A stretch of DNA of 64,000 nucleotides from an uncultured Gammaproteobacteria bacterium (GCA_964496095.1 CAZBWU010000003.1:1901-65900); one strand, 5' to 3'; counted from the first letter of the stretch, positions 21,045-31,125 are shown. Notes: generated from the letters alone by a model not told the origin. Numbers and translations: made by a program.

Positions 21045-21455
21045 TTATTTTTTGTGGAATACACTATATTCTTCGACTGCGTTTCTATACCCCAGTATAG
21101 ACAAATCATTAGCACGATTGGTCATTAATCGATTTTCTTCTTCCAGATCAGCATCTAAGTGGTTGCTTTCTGCAAAGTCTAAATCAACTGCAATTACAGT
21201 TATTATCTGGTATAATTCAAGGTCTGTGTCAGTAATCAAATAGTGCGTTGAATTTCTTGGGTTTTTTTTAGCGTGTGCTTTACTAAACTCTTTTTCAAGA
21301 TCAATTATGGATTGTAGGATAAGTAAACGGTCAGTTTTTTCAAAACCAATCAAATTTTCATGCTCTTCTAAACGTTCAGCTATTATTTGCACTGAAAGTC
21401 TATCAACCTCTGCATTTAATTCTTGGCTTGGGAATTCCCTCATCATACCTAGCAA
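21045..21455 (-). CDS. hypothetical acidic protein inserted between atpA and atpG
   Basis: The open frame fills the whole atpA-atpG gap. It begins at a TTG abutting the atpA stop (first ATG at 21446). I recognise no motif. Confidence 0.35.
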   Translation of the reverse strand: MLGMMREFPSQELNAEVDRLSVQIIAERLEEHENLIGFEKTDRLLILQSIIDLEKEFSKAHAKKNPRNSTHYLITDTDLELYQIITVIAVDLDFAESNHLDADLEEENRLMTNRANDLSILGYRNAVEEYSVFHKK

Positions 21456-22952
21456 CTAAATCTTAAATTCTTTACAAGCCTCTTTTAACTCTCCTTCAAC
21501 TTTTTCATCCCACTCCCCTTTTTCCATTTTTCCTAAGAGTGAACCTTTGGATTTTTCCAAGAAATCGTGGAATTTTTCTTCCCAATCACGAATGTCTTTG
21601 ACCGCTACTTGGCTGGCATAGCCATTACTGACAGCATAAATTACCGCTACTTGCTGAGCCACTGACATTGGACTATATTGAGGCTGTTTGAGAACTTCTA
21701 CCATTCTCTGACCAAGATCAATCTGATTCTTTGTTTCTGCATCTAGGTCACTTGAGAATTGAGCAAAGGCTTCCATTTCACGAAATTGCGCCAAAGAAAG
21801 TTTGAGTTTTCCGGCTACTTTTTTCATTGGTTTGATTTGAGCTGTTCCACCAACGCGAGATACGGATATACCAACATTGAGAGCTGGGCGAACACCTTTA
21901 TAGAATAAATCTGTTTCCAAGAAAATCTGACCATCAGTAATAGAAATTACGTTGGTAGGGATATAGGCAGAGATATCACCAGCTTGAGTTTCGATAATTG
22001 GCAAGGCGGTAATAGAACCTCCGCCGGATTCTTTATTGCGTCGGCAAGAACGTTCAAGTAAACGAGAATGCAGATAGAAGACGTCGCCAGGGTAAGCTTC
22101 ACGACCCGGTGGACGACGAAGTAAAAGAGATATTTCACGGTAAGCCCAAGCTTGCTTGGACAAATCATCATAAACACACAAAACATCTTTGCCCTGATCC
22201 ATAAAATATTCAGCCATAGCCACGCCAGCATAAGGAGCAATATAGGAAAGAGCTGCAGGCTGAGAAGCGCCGGCTACTACCACGATTGTATATTCCATCG
22301 CCCCAGCTTCTTTGAGCTTAGCTACAATACGAGCAACTTTAGATTCTTTTTGACCAACTGCAACATAGACACAAATAATATCTTTGCCTTTTTGGTTGAT
22401 AATAGCATCAATCGCGACAGCAGTTTTACCAGTCTGGCGGTCACCAATGATAAGTTCGCGCTGACCGCGACCAACGGGAATGAGAGCGTCAATTGCTTTA
22501 ATACCAGTTTGTAAAGGCTGATTTACAGGCTCTCTAGTCATAACACCCGGAGCCACTTTTTCAATTGGGTAAAATTTACCAGATTTTATTTCTTTACCTC
22601 CGTCAATCGCTTGCCCTAACGGATTGACTACGCGTCCGATTAATTCTTCTCCAACTGGCACAGATAAAATTCTGCTTGTTCTTTTAACTGTATCGCCTTC
22701 TTTAATATATCTATATTCGCCGAGCAAAACACAACCAACAGTCTCTTCTTCAAGGTTTAAAGCCAAGCCATAGGTAGTTTCACCATTGGCGATAAACTCA
22801 AGCATTTCTCCAGCTTGACATTTGGTTAAACCTGAAAGACGGGCAATACCATCGCCTACTTCAATTACTTTTCCAGTTTCCTCTTTAGTTGTTTCTTTTT
22901 GGAAAAGGGAAATATTTTTTCTGATTTCTTCAACGATCGTGTTTGTGGACAT
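21456..22952 (-). CDS. atpA: F-type ATP synthase subunit alpha
   Basis: [18 protein letters not shown] Walker A, 498 aa. Confidence 0.95.
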   Translation of the reverse strand: MSTNTIVEEIRKNISLFQKETTKEETGKVIEVGDGIARLSGLTKCQAGEMLEFIANGETTYGLALNLEEETVGCVLLGEYRYIKEGDTVKRTSRILSVPVGEELIGRVVNPLGQAIDGGKEIKSGKFYPIEKVAPGVMTREPVNQPLQTGIKAIDALIPVGRGQRELIIGDRQTGKTAVAIDAIINQKGKDIICVYVAVGQKESKVARIVAKLKEAGAMEYTIVVVAGASQPAALSYIAPYAGVAMAEYFMDQGKDVLCVYDDLSKQAWAYREISLLLRRPPGREAYPGDVFYLHSRLLERSCRRNKESGGGSITALPIIETQAGDISAYIPTNVISITDGQIFLETDLFYKGVRPALNVGISVSRVGGTAQIKPMKKVAGKLKLSLAQFREMEAFAQFSSDLDAETKNQIDLGQRMVEVLKQPQYSPMSVAQQVAVIYAVSNGYASQVAVKDIRDWEEKFHDFLEKSKGSLLGKMEKGEWDEKVEGELKEACKEFKI

Positions 22953-22962
22953 ACAATTTTAG

Positions 22963-23352
22963 TTAAGCTAGTAATGATTGTTTTAATTTAGATAATTGAG
23001 TTTTGAGACTGCCGTCGTATATAGTATCATCAACTTTTATTTTTACTCCACCTAATAGATCTTTATTTAATGTTTGGGATATTTCCGCATCTTGACCAAA
23101 TACTTTTTTTATTTTATTTAATAAGTCCTGATCTGCCGGATGAGCGGTTTCAACATTAACTGTTTTTATTCCGGATTGTTTTTTTGAATATTTTATAAAC
23201 TCGTCGATAATATAATTTATTTTGTTTAACTTGTTATTTTTTTGTAGAACTAAAAAGAATTGTTTTACAACTTCGGAAGTTTTGGCCTCTGGTAAATCTT
23301 TGGTCACTTCGTATAAGGCCTTGGCAAATTGTAAATTGCTTTGTTTTTTCAC
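22963..23352 (-). CDS. atpH: F-type ATP synthase subunit delta (OSCP)
   Basis: 129 aa helical protein sitting between atpF and atpA. Confidence 0.75.
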   Translation of the reverse strand: MKKQSNLQFAKALYEVTKDLPEAKTSEVVKQFFLVLQKNNKLNKINYIIDEFIKYSKKQSGIKTVNVETAHPADQDLLNKIKKVFGQDAEISQTLNKDLLGGVKIKVDDTIYDGSLKTQLSKLKQSLLA

Positions 23353-23356
23353 ACTA

Positions 23357-23902
23357 TTATTTTAAACCTTTAATTGCTTCTTCTACTACTTTATTATCTT
23401 TTTCTATATCAATTTTTCCAGCTAAAATCTTTTCAGCTGCTTCTACTACCAAATTCGCTACCTGCTGTTTGATTTCAGCAATTGATTCAGTTCTTTCAGT
23501 TTTAATATTTTTTCTAGCGTCTTCCACTAGCTGTTCTATTTCTTTTCTAGTTTTTTCTTTGGCTACTTCGGCTACTGCCAAAGCTTCAGTGCTGGCTTTT
23601 TCGATAATTTTATTAGCATCAACTTTGGCTTGATCTATTTTTTCTTGATATTTCTTTTCGCTCATACCAAGGTTAGTTTCAATTTTCTTTACATTATCAA
23701 CACTGTCCTCAATCATTTTTTGTCTCTCAGCCATTTTCTTGGTAAGTGGTTTTAAAATTAAAAACCATAAAATTACAGAAACCAAGGCAAAGTTAAACAT
23801 CTGTTCAGCGATTTGAATTCCGTGTATACCAAGAGAAGCAAGTACCCCTTCGTCAGTTGCGGTTTTAGCTACTTCACTAGCGTAAGCAATATCTATAAAC
23901 AT
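23357..23902 (-). CDS. atpF: F-type ATP synthase subunit b
   Basis: One TM helix (FNFALVSVILWFLIL) followed by a long charged helix. The ORF-track start at 24067 reads through MITE copy 2 (VILSRAKNPCPKK...GVQDDK); I place the start at the first Met after the element. Confidence 0.65.
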   Translation of the reverse strand: MFIDIAYASEVAKTATDEGVLASLGIHGIQIAEQMFNFALVSVILWFLILKPLTKKMAERQKMIEDSVDNVKKIETNLGMSEKKYQEKIDQAKVDANKIIEKASTEALAVAEVAKEKTRKEIEQLVEDARKNIKTERTESIAEIKQQVANLVVEAAEKILAGKIDIEKDNKVVEEAIKGLK

Positions 23903-23921
23903 ACCTATTAAGTTAGTTATT

Positions 23922-24021
23922 TTGTCATCCTGAACCCCCGCAAGCGAGGATAAATTCCATGAAGGACCTCTGTCCGTTTGTTTTTTTGGACAGGGATTCT
24001 TCGCTCTGCTCAGAATGACAA
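23922..24021. mobile_element. MITE-like palindromic element, copy 2 (just upstream of atpF)
   Basis: tgtcatcctgaac...ggacctctgtcc...ggacagggattcttcgctctgctcagaatgacaa, with terminal inverted repeats and an internal hairpin. Confidence 0.7.
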
Positions 24022-24072
24022 AACGGTAAATAATCCCACTAAGCTGGGTATTTACATACCCAGCCAATTGAA

Positions 24073-24294
24073 TTACTTCAAAGTGAATACTACTACGAGT
24101 GCGTAGATAGCGATAGCTTCGGCAAAAGCGGCGCCAAGCAACATGGGTACGAACAACTTATCAGAAGCTTCTGGGTTACGGCCAATAGCTTCCATAGCCT
24201 TACCTACTAAATTTCCGATTGCCAAAGCTGGCAAAAAACCTCCGACAGCCATGGTAAAAGCCTTGGCTAAAACTACGATGGATTCGTGCTCCAT
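24073..24294 (-). CDS. atpE: F-type ATP synthase subunit c
   Basis: Two-helix proteolipid, ...GRNPEASDKLFVPMLLGAAFAEAIAIYALVVVF, start at MEHES. Confidence 0.85.
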   Translation of the reverse strand: MEHESIVVLAKAFTMAVGGFLPALAIGNLVGKAMEAIGRNPEASDKLFVPMLLGAAFAEAIAIYALVVVFTLK

Positions 24295-24451
24295 ATTTTT
24301 ACTCCCCAAAGATTTTCCTTGGGACTTTCTGATATCAAACCGGTTGAGGAGGGTTGGGTTTTACCTCGCGGGTGATATCAATTAATTAGTTAACTCGTTA
24401 ATTTGTTCATTGACCGTTTACTAATCAACAAATTAACTAATCAACAAATGC

Positions 24452-25243
24452 TTACGCATGTTGTTTTTCTTCGTGTCCATGCGGTTTGGTAGATAACACT
24501 GTTAGATAAACAAGAGTTAACATGGTAAATACGCTTGCTTGGATCAAACCAACTAAAATTTCCAACATCATAAATGGGGCTGGTACAATTAGTCCAGCGA
24601 TACTACTAATAACAGAAATTAAAACTTCTCCAGCAAAAATATTTCCGAATAATCTTAGTGACAAAGAAACAACTTTAGCCATCTCACTTACAATTTCAAT
24701 AAGGCCTACAGCTAACTCAATGATGGCAGTAAAAATAGCAATTGGACCTTTTCTTAAACTTTTTATAAAAGTCCCTAATTGAATAAATTTGTTTAAATGA
24801 GTAAAAAGACCAACGCTAAAAAGACCAAATAAGTGGGATGAAACAACTGCCACTAACGCCATAGATACAGTCAGGTTCAAATCTGTGTTGGCTGGTCGCA
24901 GTAGTGGCGCTTCACCTACAAAAATACTACCAGTCCCTGGTAATAGTCCTAACCAATTAGATAATAAGATAAAGAAAAAAACAGGGCCAACCACCGGAAG
25001 AAACTTTATTGTTTTTGCGCGACTACCTGTGACCTGGTCAAAATAAATAAAGATTTTTTCTAAGAAAAATTCAATAAAATTTTGAACTTTAGTTGGTTTA
25101 AGATGAATTTTTTTGCGAAGATATAAACCCAAAACAAGAAATATAGTTATAGCTAACCAAGTATTTATAATTGTATTTGTAATCGGAAGACTCCCTATAT
25201 GAAAGAGAATTTCAGGAGCTAAAGTTGGGATGTGTAATTCCAT
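24452..25243 (-). CDS. atpB: F-type ATP synthase subunit a
   Basis: Polytopic, 263 aa, with the conserved Arg-containing helix (LSLRLFGNIFAGE). Confidence 0.85.
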   Translation of the reverse strand: MELHIPTLAPEILFHIGSLPITNTIINTWLAITIFLVLGLYLRKKIHLKPTKVQNFIEFFLEKIFIYFDQVTGSRAKTIKFLPVVGPVFFFILLSNWLGLLPGTGSIFVGEAPLLRPANTDLNLTVSMALVAVVSSHLFGLFSVGLFTHLNKFIQLGTFIKSLRKGPIAIFTAIIELAVGLIEIVSEMAKVVSLSLRLFGNIFAGEVLISVISSIAGLIVPAPFMMLEILVGLIQASVFTMLTLVYLTVLSTKPHGHEEKQHA

Positions 25244-25251
25244 AGAGGTGA

Positions 25252-25524
25252 TTATTCTTTCTTTTCTCCAAGTTTTTTATATTCCGCACCGTAGGTGTTG
25301 GCTTTTTTGTATACAATCCTTCCGGAAATAAGAGCTGAAACCACAAAGCCTAAAATCGTAAATAATGGCGATAAATTGTATTTTTGGTCTAAATATTGCC
25401 CTAGTAAAACGAGCGCAACTACTGGTATCGCAATCGAAGCTCCAAAGTCACCGATGATCTTTAAAGCAAAAATCTGATACTCGCGACTGGAAGATTTTTG
25501 TGATTTTTTTTCTTCCATACGCAT
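25252..25524 (-). CDS. AtpI/AtpZ-like small membrane protein (first gene of the atp operon)
   Basis: 90 aa with two TM helices, located directly upstream of atpB. Confidence 0.45.
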   Translation of the reverse strand: MRMEEKKSQKSSSREYQIFALKIIGDFGASIAIPVVALVLLGQYLDQKYNLSPLFTILGFVVSALISGRIVYKKANTYGAEYKKLGEKKE

Positions 25525-25663
25525 TATTGATAACTATACAATAAAAACAGTAGAACGCCATTATTCTACATAGAATTTTGGATAAAGTCAATACCCTTGA
25601 AAAATCGGTTTTTTGTTGATTTGTATGATTGACTATGCTAACTTTATATATGAGGAGGTTGCG

Positions 25664-25822
25664 ATGTTGATCCAGCACTTTGTAGATTTCCTCGCATCAC
25701 AAATCAGGGGTGTGAGGAAGACCACCGCGGTCCTCGCGGTGGGAATCCCGCTGGCTACCATACTCGGTCTTTACCTTCGACTGACCCGCAAGGGTAAGCC
25801 GACGGACGAGATCGGATGGTGA
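25664..25822 (+). CDS. small GC-rich hydrophobic peptide (52 aa) with canonical SD
   Basis: GAGGAGG lies 5 nt upstream of the ATG. Translation: MLIQHFVDFLASQIRGVRKTTAVLAVGIPLATILGLYLRLTRKGKPTDEIGW, with one TM helix. GC content ~60% against ~35% background. Confidence 0.35.
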   Translation: MLIQHFVDFLASQIRGVRKTTAVLAVGIPLATILGLYLRLTRKGKPTDEIGW

Positions 25823-25837
25823 TCCAGCGCTGTCGTC

Positions 25838-25863
25838 CCCCGCCCCGCAGTTGCGGGGCGGGG
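25838..25863. other. GC-rich perfect hairpin (ccccgccccgc-agtt-gcggggcgggg)
   Basis: 11-bp G/C stem immediately after the small + strand ORF, with no T-tract. Confidence 0.5.
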
Positions 25864-25883
25864 TTAAGCACTCCAAAAAAAAC

Positions 25884-25915
25884 AAAAGCACCTTATGAAA
25901 ATAGGTGCTTTTGTC
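25884..25915. terminator. bidirectional rho-independent terminator separating the tatD and atp transcription units
   Basis: aaaagcacct-tatgaaaat-aggtgctttt, with an A-tract upstream and a T-tract downstream. Confidence 0.6.
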
Positions 25916-26156
25916 TGTTAAGTATTGACTTTTTAATTAAAAAATGATAAAAGCTTTCTATGAAAAATGTTCCTTCCTTTTTCAAAGTGGTTGTCATGGC
26001 CACCTGGACGATCCTGCTCCACGACATGCTCGAGATCCTCGACTACGGTCGAGAGATCAAGATCGACAACCTCTGAGCCGTCGACGAGCCTCCTCGTCCC
26101 GTCTCGCAACCCCTGCCCCTCGCACGCGACCTGTTCGCCGCGAGGGTTCGTCATTT

Positions 26157-26996
26157 TTAAGAAGAAATTCCAAATAACCTTTTTGCATTTTCCGTAGTCG
26201 CTTTTTCCACTTCTGCAAAAGAAAGATTTTTTAACTCAGCGATTTTTTTAATAACTTCTTCTACCATTGGCGGTTCGCAACGAGTACCTCTGTATGCTTG
26301 CGGAGCTAGGTAAGGTGCATCTGTCTCTATAACTATTCTTTCTAATGGACAGTTTTTGACAACTTCTAACAAATCCAATTGTGCCTGTGGATCTGTTTTG
26401 CGAGGAGGAAAAGTTAAAACACCAGTAAAACCAAGGTTGAGACCTAAATCTAAATATTGTTTGGCAAAATGCCAGTTGCTGGTATAGCAATGAACAGTGC
26501 CTCGAACAGCAGAAGTCATTGTTTTTAATAAATCAATCAATTGTTGATGGGCTTCACGACAATGAATAACCATCGCCAAATTTAATTCCTGCGCCAATTT
26601 ATATTGCAAAGTAAAAACTTTTTTTTGTTTTTCCAACACTTCTTCTACAGTTCTGCCTTCAGGCAAACGATACAAATCAAGACCACATTCACCAACGGCA
26701 ACCACCTTTGGGTTTTGGCAAAGGGCTTTATAATATTCATAATCAAAATCTTCTTCGCGTGAAGTAAAACTACTTTCTTCCTCATCTATATGAGTAGAAA
26801 ATAAATGCACCGGATGGAGGCCGATACTAGCGTAAGTAAAAGAATATTTTTGAGCCATCTCAACTCCGGCACGACTTGTATCCTTTTGCGTCCCAACCAA
26901 ATTAAGTATCATCCCCTTCTCTCCGCATTTTTTTACAATTTCTTCAGCATCTTTTTTAAAACCTTGAAATTGGACATGGCAGTGGGTATCAAACAT
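26157..26996 (-). CDS. tatD: TatD-family metal-dependent DNase/hydrolase
   Basis: MFDTHCHVQF N-terminal His motif, TIM-barrel pattern, 279 aa. Confidence 0.85.
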   Translation of the reverse strand: MFDTHCHVQFQGFKKDAEEIVKKCGEKGMILNLVGTQKDTSRAGVEMAQKYSFTYASIGLHPVHLFSTHIDEEESSFTSREEDFDYEYYKALCQNPKVVAVGECGLDLYRLPEGRTVEEVLEKQKKVFTLQYKLAQELNLAMVIHCREAHQQLIDLLKTMTSAVRGTVHCYTSNWHFAKQYLDLGLNLGFTGVLTFPPRKTDPQAQLDLLEVVKNCPLERIVIETDAPYLAPQAYRGTRCEPPMVEEVIKKIAELKNLSFAEVEKATTENAKRLFGISS

Positions 26997-27021
26997 ATAT
27001 ATTTATTTTATAACTCCAAAC

Positions 27022-27519
27022 CTAAACTCCTGATAAACAGTCGCCTATCATCATCAAACCAAAAGGTTTACCGAACAAATCGTACTGCTTGCTCATTAAC
27101 ATAATATTTTTATCTCTAAATAGTGTAAAAATATTTAAATTGCCGAAGGCGGTTTTTTCAATCAAGTAAATGGTCGAACCATTATCAATCTTAATAAGCG
27201 GTGCTTTATCTCCAAGATTACCCACTATCGAAGGGTTCTCTGCATCTATATCAACAAATGTTAACACTGTGGGCTTATTATCAATTTTAGCTTCTCCATT
27301 AATATGGCCTTCTTCAAATTTAGTTACTGTGGATATTTTCAAACTACAAACAACATCATTTGAATAAGGAGTTTGCGCCTCTTTCCAATTTTTATCAACA
27401 GACAGCTTCTTACTATTAAGTGACAACAAATTTGTACATCCACTTAAAAACAAGGTCGAAAGTAGGACTGCTGGTAAAATAACTCTTTTAGTGATAAGGC
27501 TATTTAAATGAAATTTCAT
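27022..27519 (-). CDS. hypothetical lipoprotein
   Basis: Signal peptide with lipobox LFLSGC. Confidence 0.5.
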   Translation of the reverse strand: MKFHLNSLITKRVILPAVLLSTLFLSGCTNLLSLNSKKLSVDKNWKEAQTPYSNDVVCSLKISTVTKFEEGHINGEAKIDNKPTVLTFVDIDAENPSIVGNLGDKAPLIKIDNGSTIYLIEKTAFGNLNIFTLFRDKNIMLMSKQYDLFGKPFGLMMIGDCLSGV

Positions 27520-27536
27520 ACAAACACTAAATTCTT

Positions 27537-28061
27537 TTAAATCAAATTATCAACTGTACTACGCAACATGCGTAAAGCCTCGGGAAAAAGCGGTACTAAT
27601 ATAGAAGCAATTTTAACAAGTGGTGGAGCGATTTGCGATGTAGATAGTCCGTTCATAAAAATTGCACTGATAGGAAAACGAGAAATAAAAAATAAAGAAA
27701 CCCCCACCACAATGACTCCTTCCAAAGCTCCCAGAACCATACCTAGTATCTTGTCTATACTATGCAAAAATGGCAACCTGGTAATAATAGAAAAAACCTT
27801 TTCAATAATCCAAAAAATAAAACCGACCAACCGAGTAATGATAAGAAACGAAGCCACAAAGACAATTACTTTGACATAGTTTTGACTCCAACCCGTAAAA
27901 CCTATTACCCAATTTGCCAACGCCTCATAATAACGACCAGCCACATAGACACCGACAAGTGTACCAATCAGAGACCCTAGAGTTCGCACTAAGCCGAACC
28001 ATAATCCAAACAACGCAAAACCACCTATTATAATAAGAAGTGCTATGTCGAAGATTGACAT
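27537..28061 (-). CDS. cvpA: CvpA-family membrane protein
   Basis: MSIFDIALLIIIGGFALFGLWFGLVRTLGSLIGTLVGVYVAGRYY is the typical CvpA N-terminus. Confidence 0.65.
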   Translation of the reverse strand: MSIFDIALLIIIGGFALFGLWFGLVRTLGSLIGTLVGVYVAGRYYEALANWVIGFTGWSQNYVKVIVFVASFLIITRLVGFIFWIIEKVFSIITRLPFLHSIDKILGMVLGALEGVIVVGVSLFFISRFPISAIFMNGLSTSQIAPPLVKIASILVPLFPEALRMLRSTVDNLI

Positions 28062-28069
28062 AAAATAAA

Positions 28070-29605
28070 TTAATTATTTAATCTTGGAAAAAGTTGTTCT
28101 GGTTTTGCAATTTTATTTCCTACCATCAATTGTACCCAATTTTGCAATTCTGATAAAGACTTAGAGAGCTCTACAGACACATCTAATCCTAACTGAGAAA
28201 ATATTTTCTCAGCAGTCTCTGGCATTATCGGCCAAATCATAACGGCAATATGACGCAAGCCTTCGGCTAAGTGATAAAGCATATCTTTTACTTCAGCTTC
28301 TTTACCAACTTTGATCATTGCCCACGGCTGACGGTCGGAAATCATTTGATCGCAATAAGACACAAACTTCCAAACAGACTCTAAAGCTCTGTCAAAACGC
28401 CAAATATCCATACTCTTGGCATAATCAACATAAATAGTTTTGCTCAAAAATTCTATTATCTCTGAATTTGCTTCTGTCACTTCTGGAACAAGACTGTCAC
28501 AATATTTTTCAATCATCACCATAATACGATTGGTAAGATTTCCCAAACCATTGGCCAAATCTGCCTGGTAACGTTCGTTAAATTTTGTATAAGAAAAATC
28601 TCCGTCATTATCAAATTGGATTTCGCGCATCAAAAAATATCGCACGGCTTCTATAGGATATTTCTCTACAAGTTCTATCGGATCCACTACATTACCGATA
28701 CTCTTGCTCATCTTCTGGCCATCAACGGTAATCCAACCATGCACTGCTATTTGTTTTGGGAGCTCTATGCCAGCAGACATCAGCATCGCTGGCCACAGAA
28801 GAGAATGAAAACGATTAATTTCCTTACCAATTACATGCGCGTCCACTGGCCAGAATTTTTTAAATAATTTATCATCATCACTCCCCCAACCTAAAGCGGT
28901 AATATAGTTGGTGAGTGCGTCAAACCAAACATACATGACTTGGGTTTTATCGTCAGGCACAGGTATTCCCCAAGGTAACTTGTCTTTCACTCTAGAAATA
29001 CTCACATCTTCCAAACCATTTTTGAGCATATTTTTCATTTCTTTGAAACGGTGCTCAGGATAAACAAACTCTGGATTTTTCTCAAACAAAGATTCTATAT
29101 CTTTTTGGTATTTTGAAAGTTTGAAGAAATAGTTTTCTTCGGAAAATTCCTCCGGAGCTTTGAGATGGTCAGGACATTTACCGTCTACCAAGTCTGTTTC
29201 AAGTTTAAATGATTCACAACCTACACAATACAAACCCGTATAACTTTTTTTATAAATATCGCCGTTAGTCAAAGATTTTTTCCAAAACTCTTGCGCAGAT
29301 TGCATGTGACGAGCTTCGGTGGTACGAATAAAATCGTCATTAGATATATTCCACTGATCTGCTAAGTTTGAATAAGTCGCTGATTTTTCAGCGACAAAAT
29401 CCTCCACAGATTGATTATTTTCTTTAGCGCTTTTGAGAATCTTTTGACCATGTTCGTCCGTACCAGTTAAGAAATGCACATCTTTACCAAGAAGTCTTTG
29501 GTAGCGAGCCATTACATCTGTGTATAAAAACTCTAAAGCATGGCCAATGTGCGGACTAGCATTAACATAGAAAATGGCTGTAGTGAGATAATATTTATTT
29601 TTCAT
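28070..29605 (-). CDS. metG: methionyl-tRNA synthetase
   Basis: HIGH-type motif (ASPHIGHALE) and KMSKS (KMSKSIGN), 511 aa. Confidence 0.9.
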   Translation of the reverse strand: MKNKYYLTTAIFYVNASPHIGHALEFLYTDVMARYQRLLGKDVHFLTGTDEHGQKILKSAKENNQSVEDFVAEKSATYSNLADQWNISNDDFIRTTEARHMQSAQEFWKKSLTNGDIYKKSYTGLYCVGCESFKLETDLVDGKCPDHLKAPEEFSEENYFFKLSKYQKDIESLFEKNPEFVYPEHRFKEMKNMLKNGLEDVSISRVKDKLPWGIPVPDDKTQVMYVWFDALTNYITALGWGSDDDKLFKKFWPVDAHVIGKEINRFHSLLWPAMLMSAGIELPKQIAVHGWITVDGQKMSKSIGNVVDPIELVEKYPIEAVRYFLMREIQFDNDGDFSYTKFNERYQADLANGLGNLTNRIMVMIEKYCDSLVPEVTEANSEIIEFLSKTIYVDYAKSMDIWRFDRALESVWKFVSYCDQMISDRQPWAMIKVGKEAEVKDMLYHLAEGLRHIAVMIWPIMPETAEKIFSQLGLDVSVELSKSLSELQNWVQLMVGNKIAKPEQLFPRLNN

Positions 29606-29610
29606 AAGTT

Positions 29611-29820
29611 TTACAAGGCTCTGTTTATCAAGACAATTAAAGGATAGATAGTTAGATAGTAAACAATAGTCCCTAAAACCAAAGATGGTATAAAAAATAT
29701 TTTCTTCAAAAAATTACTTGCTCTACGACTAGTAAACGCAAAGTAACTTGCATAAATAACCGGATAAATCAAAGCACTTATGAATCCTATACTTACTAAA
29801 AGAAAAATTAAATCGTACAT
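29611..29820 (-). CDS. hypothetical small membrane protein
   Basis: 69 aa with two TM helices. Confidence 0.3.
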   Translation of the reverse strand: MYDLIFLLVSIGFISALIYPVIYASYFAFTSRRASNFLKKIFFIPSLVLGTIVYYLTIYPLIVLINRAL

Positions 29821-29826
29821 ATATAA

Positions 29827-30501
29827 TTATATAGAGTTAATAACAATAACAAACTCTCCCCTCTCATCGTGCATCTTTTCACAAATTTCATCAATTGTTC
29901 CCCTGTAAATTGTTTCAAACTTTTTTGTAAGCTCCCGACAAATCATCAATTTTCTTTTTGGGTCTAGGTATTCTTTTAATTCCCCCAAGCATTTTTTGAT
30001 TCTGTGGCCTGATTCATAAAAAACCACCACACTTTCGTTCATTGCTACTTCTTTGAAATATTTCTGTCTTTTATTTTTATGTGGAGGAAAACCCATGAAA
30101 ATAAATCTATCTGTGGGAAATCCGGAAATAGACAAGGCCGAAACCATAGCTGAAGCTCCGGGAATAGGAATTATTTCTACTGATTGTGAAAAATTTACAA
30201 TCTGACTTATTAGGATTCCTCCTGGATCACTAATACCGGGCGTGCCAGCATCTGTCACTAGTGCTATGTTTTTACCATCTTCTAACCAAGAAATTATTTC
30301 TTTCATTTTTTTTGTATCGGTGTGTTGGTGATAGCTACTTAGCGTTTTGCGGATATCGTAATGTTCTAATAAATTTTTGGTAACTCTAGTATCTTCGCAT
30401 AAAATAACATCAACGCTTTTTAGCGTTTCCAGGGCTCGAAGTGTAATATCGCCAAGATTACCAATGGGCGTGGCGACAATATAGATTTTTCCTGTTGACA
30501 T
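29827..30501 (-). CDS. rsmI: 16S rRNA (cytidine1402-2'-O)-methyltransferase RsmI (tetrapyrrole-methylase fold)
   Basis: KIYIVATPIGNLGDITLRALETLKSVDVILCEDTRVT. Confidence 0.85.
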   Translation of the reverse strand: MSTGKIYIVATPIGNLGDITLRALETLKSVDVILCEDTRVTKNLLEHYDIRKTLSSYHQHTDTKKMKEIISWLEDGKNIALVTDAGTPGISDPGGILISQIVNFSQSVEIIPIPGASAMVSALSISGFPTDRFIFMGFPPHKNKRQKYFKEVAMNESVVVFYESGHRIKKCLGELKEYLDPKRKLMICRELTKKFETIYRGTIDEICEKMHDERGEFVIVINSI

Positions 30502-30524
30502 AAAATTTTTTCACCATCATTTCG

Positions 30525-30600
30525 CTGTCATCCTGAGCTTTAGCGAAGGATCCCTTTCAGTTGTAGTTTAAGGGATTCTTCATTTCATTCAGAATGACAA
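30525..30600. mobile_element. MITE-like palindromic element, copy 3
   Basis: tgtcatcctgagctttagcgaaggatccc...gggattcttcatttcattcagaatgacaa. Confidence 0.65.
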
Positions 30601-30636
30601 TACCTGACCTAAGCTTAACAATAATCTAACGAATAA

Positions 30637-31125
30637 TCAACTTTTCTTAGTTTTACTTTTAACCTTAACAACTTCAGCAACTTTTTCTGCTTTCTTGAAA
30701 AAATCGGAAATATACCAACCTAAAACAAAAGAGATTGAGCCAAGCATGCCCATAATCATATCTTTCATAGTGTCGTCTACGCTGGGTTGAGAAAGATATG
30801 GCCCAGGGAAAAATTTATCATGGAAATATTCATAATATTCCCAAAAACTAGCTACACACATGGCGGAGATAACTAACAACAAAAAATCAAACCATTTGTT
30901 TGATGTGGAAATAAACTTATTGGCTTTGGCCCATTTAAGAACAATGAAAATAGGCACAGAGATGCTTAGGCCTCCAAGAAAATGAACTACTCGGTTCGGC
31001 CATTCAAGCAATTGATAAACTGGCACAAAATTTTCTAAGCAATAACCAATCATAAAAACAAAAAACGGAGCCACTGCCATTTTTAAAATATCTTTTATAC
31101 TAAGTTTAGAGTGCATATAATTCAT
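30637..31125 (-). CDS. hypothetical membrane protein
   Basis: 162 aa, polytopic. Confidence 0.4.
   Translation of the reverse strand: MNYMHSKLSIKDILKMAVAPFFVFMIGYCLENFVPVYQLLEWPNRVVHFLGGLSISVPIFIVLKWAKANKFISTSNKWFDFLLLVISAMCVASFWEYYEYFHDKFFPGPYLSQPSVDDTMKDMIMGMLGSISFVLGWYISDFFKKAEKVAEVVKVKSKTKKS

Noticed and set aside
21041-21115. 25-aa N-terminal extension of atpG (MLMICLYWGIETQSK...)
   Set aside because: Overlaps the upstream ORF by 70 nt. The gamma-subunit N-terminus MAVNTKVIKRRL begins at the internal Met.
23903-24067. N-terminal 55-aa extension of atpF in the ORF track
   Set aside because: The extension is the translation of MITE copy 2. A conserved Met followed by the b-subunit TM helix lies right after the element.
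24310-24451. Short tandem taatcaacaaat/ttaactaatcaacaaat repeat in the atpB-atpE spacer
   Set aside because: Two imperfect AT-rich copies only. Ordinary low-complexity spacer; not enough structure to call a regulatory element.
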